A stretch of DNA of 25,282 nucleotides from Saprospiraceae bacterium (lineage in GTDB: Bacteria > Bacteroidota > Bacteroidia > Chitinophagales > Saprospiraceae), in NCBI GenBank assembly GCA_023300255.1, contig JALZWC010000121.1, forward strand, positions 1 through 25,282, in the 5' to 3' direction. Positions 1-9,200 of this stretch are shown here, piece after piece; positions within the stretch are counted from its first letter, which is position 1, and each line of letters opens with the position of its first letter. A model generated the notes under the pieces. That model was not told the DNA's origin, searched no databases, and saw only the letters and a list, made by a program, of their open reading frames with translations. The translations under genes and the position numbers were made by a program.

Positions 1-69
1 TAAGAAACCAAAAAAATAAGTCCGTAGCCCTGCTATGCATTGATTTTTTCAATTCCTTACACGAAAAAA
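1..69. repeat. Partial dispersed repeat (CCGTAGCCC-W-GCTATGC family) at the left window edge; hairpin plus T-run downstream of argE
   Basis: Positions 22-38 (ccgtagccctgctatgc) and the following ~30 nt (ttgattttttcaattccttacacgaaaaaa) align to the reverse complement of 25222-25269. cgtagc/gctatg forms a stem. Confidence 0.7.
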
Positions 70-109
70 CCTTATTCCTAAATTTACCCGTTTAATTAAC
101 ACGACCTAC

Positions 110-1174
110 TTATAAACAAAACCCTGTTAGTAACTTTAAATAAATGTCAATTCCTTCCTCAATCTCCTTCAAATATATGAATTCATTTGCGGTATGAGAA
201 CGGGCTGATTTTCCACAACCAATTTTAATAGTTGTAAATGGTAATAATGCTTGATCAGATAAGGTAGGGGAACCATAATGTGCTAAGCCCATTGCTTTAC
301 CTTTTAAAACAAAAGGATGGCTTAGCGCAATTTTGGAAGAATTTAATCTAAAAGAACGAGCAGTTAGAGTAGACTCCGTGTGCTCTTGAATGATATTAAA
401 TACTTCCTCATTACTATATTCTTCATTCGTTCGGATATCTATGACAAAACTGCAAGTGTCTGGAACTACATTATGCTGGGTTCCAGCAGCTATTTGAGTA
501 ACTGTCATTTTAGTTTTACCTAATACTTGGGAAGCTTTTTCAAATTCATAGCTCTTTAACCAATCAATATCTTTTAAGGCAATATACAAAGCATTCACCC
601 CTTCTGATCTTGCCGCATGTCCAGATTCCCCTTTAGCTTCTCCGTCTACCACCATTAATCCTTTTTCTGCTATAGCCATACGCATTTGTGTGGGTTCTCC
701 AATAATGCCTAGTGCAATGGGTGCTATTTGATCTCGCACTGCTGCAATACCATTAGGTCCAGAAATTTCTTCTTCCGCAGAAGCGACCAATAATAGATTG
801 TAAGGCAGATCTTGTTCATATAAATGCAAAAAGGTAGCTATTAATGCGACTAAAGAACCACCTGCATCATTACTTCCAAGCCCAAATAGTTTACCTCCGC
901 TGATTTCTGGATGGAAAGGATCTTTGGTATAACCACTAGCTGGTTTTACAGTGTCATGATGAGAATTAAGTAAGACAGTCGGTTTACCAGAAGACCAATA
1001 CTTTGATTGGACTATAATATTATTACCTATTCTTTTGGGAGTAAGGCCATGCTTTCTAAAAAACAATTCAATTAGATCTCCAGTTGCTTGTTCTTGTCTG
1101 GATAACGAAGGGGTACTGATTAGCTTCGTTAATAGATCAATAGCTTCTTCTTTTATTCTTGTATTTATAGGCAT
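110..1174 (-). CDS. argE: M20 family metallopeptidase, acetylornithine deacetylase (ArgE-like)
   Basis: Motifs NSHHDTV, GSNDAGG, EEE, IGEPT and HTANE; overlaps the argB stop by 10 nt. Confidence 0.8.
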   Translation of the reverse strand: MPINTRIKEEAIDLLTKLISTPSLSRQEQATGDLIELFFRKHGLTPKRIGNNIIVQSKYWSSGKPTVLLNSHHDTVKPASGYTKDPFHPEISGGKLFGLGSNDAGGSLVALIATFLHLYEQDLPYNLLLVASAEEEISGPNGIAAVRDQIAPIALGIIGEPTQMRMAIAEKGLMVVDGEAKGESGHAARSEGVNALYIALKDIDWLKSYEFEKASQVLGKTKMTVTQIAAGTQHNVVPDTCSFVIDIRTNEEYSNEEVFNIIQEHTESTLTARSFRLNSSKIALSHPFVLKGKAMGLAHYGSPTLSDQALLPFTTIKIGCGKSARSHTANEFIYLKEIEEGIDIYLKLLTGFCL

Positions 1175-1944
1175 AGTTTTGTTCCCTTTATAGTCGTGTT
1201 TTCTAAGGCATGAATACCTGCAATATATACATTTTCTACACCATTCTGCATAGCAAAAAAAGCACCTTCCATTTTTGGGATCATTCCATCAGAAATAACA
1301 CCTGCTTTTTTGTAGGCTTGAAATTGATCCGCATTAATACTTGGAATAACAGAAGCGTCATCTTTTGGATCACTTAATACACCATCTTTTTCAAAACATA
1401 GAACCAACTTCGTTTGAAAATACTGGCTCATAGCCGCCGCAATAGTAGAAGCAATACTATCTGCATTAGTGTTCAGCAATTGCCCTTTTTTATCATGCGT
1501 AATAGCACAAAAAGCAGGTGTAAAATCAGCTTGTAATAACTGACTAATCGCTAATCCATTTACCGCATCAATATCTCCAACAAAGCCATAATCTACTTCT
1601 TGAACAATTCTTTTATGGGATTGAATTGTATTTAAATCTGCTCCAGACAGGCCTATCGCATTACAATTAATTGCTTGCAGTTTAGCTACTATATTTTTGT
1701 TAATCAGACCTGCGTATATCATGGTTACGATTTCTAGTGTAGCAGCATCTGTTACACGGCGACCATCAATCATTGTTGGTTCAATGCCTAAGCTACGCAT
1801 CATTTCACTGGCTCGTCTACCTCCTCCATGTATGAGTATTTTTTTTTCTGGTAGCTTGGCAAAATCTTGTAAGACTTTGGCGAGAATAGTTTTTTTGTTA
1901 ATTATGTTGCCACCTATTTTCAGGATCGTTAAGGGTGCTTTCAT
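1165..1944 (-). CDS. argB: Acetylglutamate kinase
   Basis: Motifs KIGGN, HGGG, DGRRVTD, NTNAD and GMIPK of the amino-acid kinase family. Confidence 0.93.
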   Translation of the reverse strand: MKAPLTILKIGGNIINKKTILAKVLQDFAKLPEKKILIHGGGRRASEMMRSLGIEPTMIDGRRVTDAATLEIVTMIYAGLINKNIVAKLQAINCNAIGLSGADLNTIQSHKRIVQEVDYGFVGDIDAVNGLAISQLLQADFTPAFCAITHDKKGQLLNTNADSIASTIAAAMSQYFQTKLVLCFEKDGVLSDPKDDASVIPSINADQFQAYKKAGVISDGMIPKMEGAFFAMQNGVENVYIAGIHALENTTIKGTKLCL

Positions 1945-2070
1945 CGTTATCTATTTTGTATTTTTTGTTAATACAATGATAAATATTTTTTTGGTGATTA
2001 TTAGGAATAGTAGAAATGTTACTACTAATTATATTGTATGCTTTCGGGTTTTGTAGATGGATTGATATAC

Positions 2071-2093
2071 GGTTTAAGTTACAAACTTAAACC
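2071..2093 (-). promoter_or_regulatory. Putative -7 promoter element of argB (TAAGTTTG, 2089-2082) inside a perfect 10-bp inverted repeat
   Basis: ggtttaagtt-aca-aacttaaacc; matches the Bacteroidota TAnnTTTG consensus on the minus strand. No clear -33 element. Confidence 0.45.
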
Positions 2094-2192
2094 ATCGATT
2101 ATGCGAGACCCTTGGGTTATAGGAATACCCTTTATTAAAGTAGTTTTGTTTTTGAGTCACTTAACGCTGCGTTTTTCTTATTTATTCCTCTT

Positions 2193-4388
2193 CTATCGAC
2201 TCAACTCCATTTGATTCCGAACCAATTGAAAATAATGGTTTCTACGAAGGTATAATTCTTGATGTGTTCCTTGTTCAATAATTTCTCCATCTTCAATAAC
2301 TATAATATTATCTGCATTGACAACCGTATTCAGTCGATGTGCTATAATGACAATCGTTCTATCAGTAAACGAATCCTGGATATTATCCATTACTAACATC
2401 TCATTATAAGAATCTAGAGAGTTAGTCGCTTCATCTAAGAACAAATATTTGAAATCTTTATAAATCGCTCGAGCAATTAAGATGCCTTGCTTTTGTCCTT
2501 CGCTTAAGCCGCCTCCGTGGTTGCCAATCATTGTATTATAAGTCAATGGAAATTGCTCTATAAAAGAATGTACATTTGCAATCCTAGCAGCTTTTAGTAA
2601 TTTCTTTTTATCAATTTTATCGCCATCTCCTAATGCAATATTCCTAGCAATGGTATCTGAAAAAATATATCCATCTTGCAAAACGGCACTGCAATGGTCT
2701 CTCCAAAATCGACCTTGAATATTTTTTAAATCCACATCGCCCACCGTAATAGCCCCTTTACTTGGTGGATAAAAACCTAGCAACAACTTTAATAAAGTAC
2801 TTTTTCCACTACCACTAGAACCTACTATAGCCGTCGTTTGTCCTTCTGGTATTACGAGATTAATTTGTTTTAAAACCTCTGGTGAATTAGGGCCATTATA
2901 ATTGAAGCTGACATTTTTTAATTCTAAATCTCCATAGTCTGGAAGAACATCTAATTTATTAATAGAATCTTCTTCTAATTCTCTACGATGAATTTCATTC
3001 ATCCGCTGCACACTTATTCGTGCATCTTCAGACATAATAGCAAACTGTACTAGCTGTTCTACTGGTCCATTTAATTGACCTATAATATATTGAATAGCAA
3101 CTAACACGCCTATTGAAAATTCATGATTCACAACAGCACTAGCAGCAACGACAGTGATTAAAATATTTTGTGTTTCCGTAATTAAAGAAGCACCAACTCT
3201 TTGCTGTTGGTTTATTTTTAAAAACGCTGTTCTAGTAACATACAATTTTGATTGCACTCGTTCCCAATCCCATCGCTTACGGCGTTCTGCATTATGCAGT
3301 TTTATATCTTTCATACCGCTAATCATTTGGACCAAAGCACTTTGGTTAGCAGTAGCATGTTCAAAACGTTTTGCGTCTAGGTTTCGTCGCTTGCCCATAC
3401 AGTAATACAGCCACAAGACATATAGTGTAACGCCAACTAAAAAAATCAAAAATATCTTTACACTATAAATCAGCAAAATAATTCCGAACACAACGAAATT
3501 AGCAACAGAAAATATAGCATGAATAGCATAAGAGGTAAGGAACCGTTCTATTCGTTCATTATCAGAAATACGCTGTAGTATATCTCCTACAAAATGAGAG
3601 TCAAAATAACGCAATGGCATCCGAGTCAACTTGAGTATAAAATCGGACATCAAATTAAGGTTCACCCTAACACCGATATGTACGACAATTATACCCCTAA
3701 ACCACTCTGCTGCTAGTCGAGTAATAAACAGAACCATCTGAGCAATAAGTACTAGCCAAATAAAATTAAGCTGCTTATTATCTACGCCTACATCAATTAA
3801 GGATTGAATCAGAAAAGGGAAAATTCCTTGAAGGATCGATACTAAAAAAACGCCTAATACTAATTGTAGTAATAGTGCTTTATATTTTTTGACATGATCA
3901 AACAAATACCCTAGACCACTACTTTCGGCTTCTCCATCTTCTCTCGCAAAATCAGGTGTAGTTTCCAACATTAGTAAGACCCCACTATCCGCTCCAAATT
4001 GGCGAACATCTGCCCAATGTTTAATAAATGCTTCTTTAGTAATTTTCTCTAATCGAGTGGCGGGATTGCCAACGATTACATGGGTATCCGTAGCCTCATA
4101 AACGACTACAAAATGATTGTTATCCCAATGGGCTATCGCAGGCAAAGGCATATCATCTGCCAGTCGGTTGTAAGGAACCGAGGCCGCTAGCGTTTTTAAA
4201 CCTATTTGTTCAGCAGCATCGCTGATACCTAATAAGGAAACGCCATTTCTATTTAAATAAGTAAGTTCTCGTAAATAATCTAAGGAGTAATATTGACCAT
4301 GGTATTTTGAAACCATGCGCAAGCAGGCTGCGCCACAATCCATCGAATCATATTGCTCATAAAAAGGGAATTTTTTCGATATTTTCAC
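2193..4388 (-). CDS. Peptidase-domain-containing ABC transporter (C39 + TMD + NBD; PCAT/SunT-like)
   Basis: QYDSMDCG (Cys18), HWDNNHFVV (His92), a membrane domain, Walker A GSSGSGKS, signature LSEGQ, Walker B LDEAT and IAHRL. GTG start. Confidence 0.9.
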   Translation of the reverse strand: MKISKKFPFYEQYDSMDCGAACLRMVSKYHGQYYSLDYLRELTYLNRNGVSLLGISDAAEQIGLKTLAASVPYNRLADDMPLPAIAHWDNNHFVVVYEATDTHVIVGNPATRLEKITKEAFIKHWADVRQFGADSGVLLMLETTPDFAREDGEAESSGLGYLFDHVKKYKALLLQLVLGVFLVSILQGIFPFLIQSLIDVGVDNKQLNFIWLVLIAQMVLFITRLAAEWFRGIIVVHIGVRVNLNLMSDFILKLTRMPLRYFDSHFVGDILQRISDNERIERFLTSYAIHAIFSVANFVVFGIILLIYSVKIFLIFLVGVTLYVLWLYYCMGKRRNLDAKRFEHATANQSALVQMISGMKDIKLHNAERRKRWDWERVQSKLYVTRTAFLKINQQQRVGASLITETQNILITVVAASAVVNHEFSIGVLVAIQYIIGQLNGPVEQLVQFAIMSEDARISVQRMNEIHRRELEEDSINKLDVLPDYGDLELKNVSFNYNGPNSPEVLKQINLVIPEGQTTAIVGSSGSGKSTLLKLLLGFYPPSKGAITVGDVDLKNIQGRFWRDHCSAVLQDGYIFSDTIARNIALGDGDKIDKKKLLKAARIANVHSFIEQFPLTYNTMIGNHGGGLSEGQKQGILIARAIYKDFKYLFLDEATNSLDSYNEMLVMDNIQDSFTDRTIVIIAHRLNTVVNADNIIVIEDGEIIEQGTHQELYLRRNHYFQLVRNQMELSR

Positions 4389-5013
4389 TAGTACGAAATC
4401 AAGTTTATTGGGGGTATTTCGTTTCTCATCGTTTAGATTTAGTCATTTCAACTAAAATGTATTTAGGCAAAATAAAATAATAATTTAAATTGCCTTAAAG
4501 AAAATTGGACTTGTCTAAAGTCTATTTTCCTCCCCCTTCGTTATAAATATTGCAACGTTTAAATAGATGAACTTAATTTGGTAATTGCATAAAATTGGAT
4601 CGCCAATTATTTTTTTAAGCAATTATCTGAATTATTTAATAGATCAAACATTAACGTTAATGGAGCATATTAACGATCCTATCACCAACTTTAGTCTAAA
4701 CAAAAGTAGAATAGGCTCCATCGTGTGGATAGACATATATTAATTATAATAAATTGATTAACAGGTGGTTATCGTCTAGCGGTGTGCCTAATACGGCCCA
4801 ACAACTATGCCGATAAACATAAATATAATGTTTTTATATTAATTGGTATCATTCAATCTATTTTCGGTAGGTTAAATTAATTATTCGGTATTAAACGATC
4901 TAGTTATTTCTATTTTTTTATATTTTAATTATTTTTAATATCTACCCTGTTAAAGGTAAGCATTTTCTTGAAATGCCAATTAATAGCAAAAGGTCGAAAT
5001 CCTGAAAAAGACT

Positions 5014-5021
5014 TATGTTTG
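5014..5021 (+). promoter_or_regulatory. Putative -7 promoter element upstream of the pseudouridine synthase gene
   Basis: TATGTTTG matches TAnnTTTG; no good -33 element. Confidence 0.35.
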
Positions 5022-5058
5022 CTAAAAAACTGACTAAATAAAGGACACAATAGATTTT

Positions 5059-5121
5059 TTTTAACCACATAGATACATAGGTCACATAGGTGTTATGGTC
5101 TATGTACCTATGTGGTTAAAA
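5059..5121. repeat. Palindromic element family A (TTTTAACCACATAG...CTATGTGGTTAAAA), copy 1
   Basis: Perfect 14-bp terminal inverted repeat with internal tandem (C/T)ACATAG units; homologous copies at 7107-7176 and 9792-9864. Confidence 0.9.
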
Positions 5122-5186
5122 TATTACATTTAATTTTGTCCAAACACTTACTTATACTAAAAGTTCTTAAGAAATTTAATCTTTCT

Positions 5187-6860
5187 ATGATCCCTTGCTT
5201 TATACCTTTCTCTGAACCGATAGCTCACATTCCATTACCAGAACGATTTACCTTCCCTTTTTACTATGATCCAAATCCATTATGTGTGCTTGCTGCAAAA
5301 GATATACAAAACCATATTGAAACGCAGCAAGACTGGGTGCATAACTTTGGGCTAGATCCTTCTAAAACAGGATATATAATTGGGAAAATGTTCGGAGTAT
5401 TGGTTGTACAAAATGAAGCTCAAGAAATTGGCTATCTAGCTGCCTTTTCTGGAAAATTAGCAGATCAAAACCATCATCCAAAATTCGTTCCTCCAGTCTT
5501 CGATATACTAGCAGAAGATTGCTTCTTTAATGAAGGAATGCGGCAGTTAACTGCCATGAATGAGCAAGTAGATTTATTAGAAGCCGCACCTGAATATTTA
5601 GAGAGCAAGCGGTTATTCGAAGAAGAAAAAGCATTAGCTACAGAAAAAATAGCCGCAGAAAAAGCAAAAATAAGCACTGCAAAAAAAGCTAGAAGAGTAC
5701 GCAGGAAAGAAGGAGAGGCTACACTAAATCCAGAAGAGCTAATTGAATTAAAAAAGACTTTAGCCATAGAAAGCCTGAGAAATCGGCGAGCATTTCAAGA
5801 CTATGCATCCTATTGGGAAGATAGAGTAGTGAAGTACCAACAGGCATTCGATCATTATCAAATCCCAATCACTACTTTAAAAGAAGGACGTAAAAGTAAA
5901 TCTGGAGAACTACAACAGCAGCTTCATGAAGAGTATAATTTTTTAAATATTTCTGGAGAAACTAAAAATTTGTTTGAGATATTTGAACAAACCACTGTAA
6001 AAAAACCACCTGCTGGTTCAGGAGAATGTTCCGCACCAAAATTACTACAATACGCATTTCAACATCAATTAAAGCCTATCGCTATGGCGGAATTTTGGTG
6101 GGGAGAATCTTTGTCAGAAATCAGAAGACATAAACAATTTTATCCTGCGTGTAGAGGAAAGTGCGAGCCAATTTTAGCACACATGTTAAAAGGGATTGAA
6201 ATGGAAGTAAATCCTATGTTGACCAATCCAGCTGAAGGTAAACAATTAACCACGGTCTATGAAGATGAAGCGATTATCATTGTTAATAAACCTGCTGAAT
6301 TTTTATCCGTTCCAGGAAAGAATATCGAAGACTCTGTTTGGCTCAGAATGAAGCAAAAATTCCCAATGGCGACAGGACCGTTAATTGTCCATAGATTAGA
6401 CATGTCTACCTCTGGACTAATGATCATTGCTAAATCTAAAGAAGCACATAAAATTATCCAACAACAATTTATTAATCGAACTATTAAGAAAAGATACATC
6501 GCGCTATTAGATGGTATTGTGAAGGAGGATACGGGTATTATTACCCTTCCATTGAGGGTAGATATAGATGACCGCCCTAGACAAATTGTTTGTTATGATC
6601 ATGGCAAAAAGTCTCGTACCAATTGGGAGGTACTAGAACGAAAGGATCAGCAAACTCGAATCCATTTTTTCCCAATCACTGGCCGTACGCATCAATTGCG
6701 GGTACATGCAGCGCATCCACGTGGATTACATACGCCTATTATTGGAGATGATTTATATGGTCTTAAAGGAAAGCGATTGCATTTACATGCGGAATGGATA
6801 TCGTTTACGCATCCTGATTCGGGAGAGGAGATGGAAGTGGAGGTCGAGGCTGAATTTTGA
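5187..6860 (+). CDS. RluA-family RNA pseudouridine synthase with long N-terminal extension
   Basis: C-terminal NKP, VHRLD (catalytic Asp), TGRTHQLRVH, GDDLYG and LHLHA motifs. Start moved to ATG 5187 because the track start at 5112 lies inside repeat A1. Confidence 0.88.
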   Translation: MIPCFIPFSEPIAHIPLPERFTFPFYYDPNPLCVLAAKDIQNHIETQQDWVHNFGLDPSKTGYIIGKMFGVLVVQNEAQEIGYLAAFSGKLADQNHHPKFVPPVFDILAEDCFFNEGMRQLTAMNEQVDLLEAAPEYLESKRLFEEEKALATEKIAAEKAKISTAKKARRVRRKEGEATLNPEELIELKKTLAIESLRNRRAFQDYASYWEDRVVKYQQAFDHYQIPITTLKEGRKSKSGELQQQLHEEYNFLNISGETKNLFEIFEQTTVKKPPAGSGECSAPKLLQYAFQHQLKPIAMAEFWWGESLSEIRRHKQFYPACRGKCEPILAHMLKGIEMEVNPMLTNPAEGKQLTTVYEDEAIIIVNKPAEFLSVPGKNIEDSVWLRMKQKFPMATGPLIVHRLDMSTSGLMIIAKSKEAHKIIQQQFINRTIKKRYIALLDGIVKEDTGIITLPLRVDIDDRPRQIVCYDHGKKSRTNWEVLERKDQQTRIHFFPITGRTHQLRVHAAHPRGLHTPIIGDDLYGLKGKRLHLHAEWISFTHPDSGEEMEVEVEAEF

Positions 6861-6917
6861 GATAGAGAGGTTATAGTATACGGAGGTGCAGAATATGATT
6901 TGATTATTACGAGAAAG

Positions 6918-6963
6918 GTGGGCGACACTTTAATGAACAGTCTCCTTTAAAAGTTTCGCCCAC
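6918..6963. repeat. Imperfect inverted repeat (possible terminator-like hairpin) after the rluA-like gene
   Basis: gtgggcgacactttaa pairs with ttaaaagtttcgcccac. Confidence 0.5.
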
Positions 6964-7010
6964 TTTGTCCACAGTTACATATACTTTAATATGCCTTACG
7001 TGATGCTGAT

Positions 7011-7063
7011 TTACCACATAGTTCACAGACAAAACGCAATGAAAACTATCTGAACTACTATGT
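7011..7063. repeat. Degenerate family A copy
   Basis: ttaccacatagttcacag ... ctatctgaactactatgt; flanked by the inverted pair tttgtcca (6964) and tggacaaa (7074). Confidence 0.45.
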
Positions 7064-7106
7064 ACTAAGTACTTGGACAAAATTAAATTGACAAAATAGA
7101 TTTGTA

Positions 7107-7176
7107 TTTAACCACATAGGTACATAGAACACATAGGATTTCTATGCTATGTGTTCTATGTATCTATGTGGTTAAA
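7107..7176. repeat. Palindromic element family A, copy 2
   Basis: tttaaccacatag-gtacatag-aacacatag ... ctatgtgtt-ctatgtat-ctatgtggttaaa. Confidence 0.9.
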
Positions 7177-7236
7177 ATAAGCATTAATTTGATGGTGGCT
7201 TTGCCACTATATAATTCTACATTTTTGAAAACAACT

Positions 7237-8973
7237 CTATTCTTCTGGCTTCTGCCCTTCTTGTTTCATTTGAGGAAAGAATAATACTTCTTGAATAGAG
7301 CTTTGATTTGTTAACATCATTGTTAGTCGATCAATACCAATACCTAAACCAGAGGTAGGTGGCATTCCGTATTCTAAAGCACGAACAAAGTCTTCATCCA
7401 ATACCATCGCTTCATCATCTCCACGTGCAGCTAATTTGAATTGATCTTCAAATCTTGCTCGTTGATCTATTGGATCGTTTAACTCAGAATAAGCGTTCGC
7501 AATTTCTTTTCCGTTTACGAATAACTCAAACCGTTCCGCTAAGCCTTCTATGCTTCGGTGTTTCTTTGCCAAAGGAGACATCTCCACAGGATAGTCTGTA
7601 ATGTAAGTTGGCTGGATCAAATTATCTTCGACTTTTTCTCCGAATATTTCATCAATTAACTTTCCTTTACCCATCGACTTATCGATTGATATATGTAGGT
7701 CTTTACAAACTTTCTTTAAACCATCTTCGTCCATTTCTGATACATCGATTCCTGTATACTCTTTGATAGAATCGAACATACTTAAGCGGCGATACGGTGG
7801 TGTGAAATCAATTTCCGTCTCCCCAACTTGCGCCTTCATCGTGCCGTTTACTTCTTGGGCTATGTAGCCAATACAATTCTCTACCATCTCCATCATCCAG
7901 ATATAATCCTTATAAGCTACATATATCTCCATAGAAGTGAATTCTGGATTATGCGTTCGATCCATTCCTTCATTACGGAACATCTTGCCTATTTCATATA
8001 CCCCATCAAAGCCCCCTACGATTAATCGCTTTAGGTATAACTCATTTGCAATACGCATGAATAGCTGCATGTCCAAGCTATTATGATGAGTAGCAAATGG
8101 TCGAGCAGCAGCACCTCCATGTATTGGCTGTAAAATTGGCGTCTCCACTTCTAACCAACCTTTCTCATCGAAGAAAGCACGCATAGATTTCACGACCTTT
8201 GATCGCTTCAAGAAGATTTCTTTTACCTGTGGGTTCACCGTCAAATCTACATACCGTTGGCGGTACCGTAATTCTGGATCTTTGAATTCATCATAGACTT
8301 TTCCTTCCTTATCTACTTTTACAATTGGTAAGGTCTTTAAAGATTTTCCTAGGAAAGTCAATTCTGTTACATGTAAGGTTACCTCTCCCATTTGAGTGGA
8401 AAACAAATAGCCTGCTACACCTATGAAATCTCCAATATGCAATTGCTTAACTAAGGCATTAATCTTCGTTTGCTCTTCTTCCGTCGCCCCAATAGTTCCT
8501 TTCTTGATATATAATTGAATTCTTCCTTCTGAATCTTGTAGTTTAGCGAAAGGCCCTCGCTGTCCCATAAAACGACCTGCCATATGTACAGCTGGACGTT
8601 TATCCTGTTGAAATTCTCCCATTGCATTGCCTCGTAGACCGCCAACGAAATCTTCCAAAGACATACTCGCCTTATCTATTCCTGCATCAAATTCTACTTG
8701 CTCTGTTAAGCCAAAACCTCCTTCTAATAATGGAGCCGTTTTAAATTTATTTTTAGGCAGTAATTCTGCTATCTGTTTGGCCTTTTCTGGGCCGATTCCT
8801 TTTAAATTTTCAATCTCTTTGATTAAGTTTTTTTGAAAATCGGCTGTTGTAAAATCAGACGATTTAAAATTAACTTCCACTTTGGCCGCAGGAAATGGGT
8901 CAATACCCAAGTCTTTAATTTTTTGCAAAGACTCCCGTCGTACCTTTTCCTGTTCGCTTAACTGTTGTGACAT
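7237..8973 (-). CDS. lysS: Lysine--tRNA ligase (class II) with N-terminal insertion
   Basis: Motifs [41 protein letters not shown] and GLGIGIDRL. Confidence 0.96.
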   Translation of the reverse strand: MSQQLSEQEKVRRESLQKIKDLGIDPFPAAKVEVNFKSSDFTTADFQKNLIKEIENLKGIGPEKAKQIAELLPKNKFKTAPLLEGGFGLTEQVEFDAGIDKASMSLEDFVGGLRGNAMGEFQQDKRPAVHMAGRFMGQRGPFAKLQDSEGRIQLYIKKGTIGATEEEQTKINALVKQLHIGDFIGVAGYLFSTQMGEVTLHVTELTFLGKSLKTLPIVKVDKEGKVYDEFKDPELRYRQRYVDLTVNPQVKEIFLKRSKVVKSMRAFFDEKGWLEVETPILQPIHGGAAARPFATHHNSLDMQLFMRIANELYLKRLIVGGFDGVYEIGKMFRNEGMDRTHNPEFTSMEIYVAYKDYIWMMEMVENCIGYIAQEVNGTMKAQVGETEIDFTPPYRRLSMFDSIKEYTGIDVSEMDEDGLKKVCKDLHISIDKSMGKGKLIDEIFGEKVEDNLIQPTYITDYPVEMSPLAKKHRSIEGLAERFELFVNGKEIANAYSELNDPIDQRARFEDQFKLAARGDDEAMVLDEDFVRALEYGMPPTSGLGIGIDRLTMMLTNQSSIQEVLFFPQMKQEGQKPEE

Positions 8974-9052
8974 AATTGATATTTTCTAATCCTGATACTT
9001 TCTAGTCCTTTGAGAATTCGTCTATCAAAGGACATCCGTTCTTTTTAATGGG

Positions 9053-9083
9053 CAAAAATAACCTTATATAAAGACACTTCAAA
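9053..9083 (-). promoter_or_regulatory. Bacteroidota housekeeping promoter of lysS
   Basis: TTTG (9083-9080), 19-nt spacer, TATTTTTG (9060-9053). Confidence 0.65.
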
Positions 9084-9200
9084 AAAATTACGAAACTGTT
9101 CAACAAAGTGTGTTAAACAGCAGTCACATACGAAACATAAATTCGATGAGCCTAATTCTACGTTTTTCTGCGAATTCAGCGTGCAATAATCCCCTCTTCC

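Noticed and set aside
4776-4794. ctagcggtgtgcctaatac resembles the 5' region of 16S rRNA
   Set aside because: Only about 19 nt with mismatches and no flanking rRNA similarity; most likely chance.
4984-5024. Stem tagcaaa/tttgcta with an internal GAAA, superficially like a c-di-GMP-I riboswitch
   Set aside because: Lacks the second stem and tetraloop receptor, and overlaps the predicted -7 promoter element.
4389-5050. Precursor peptide gene for the C39 exporter in the long spacer
   Set aside because: The minus-strand ATG ORFs I checked are 25 aa or shorter with no double-glycine leader or Cys/Ser/Thr-rich core.
5112-5186. N-terminal extension of the RluA-like ORF in the track
   Set aside because: The start lies inside palindrome A1; ATG 5187 is more plausible.
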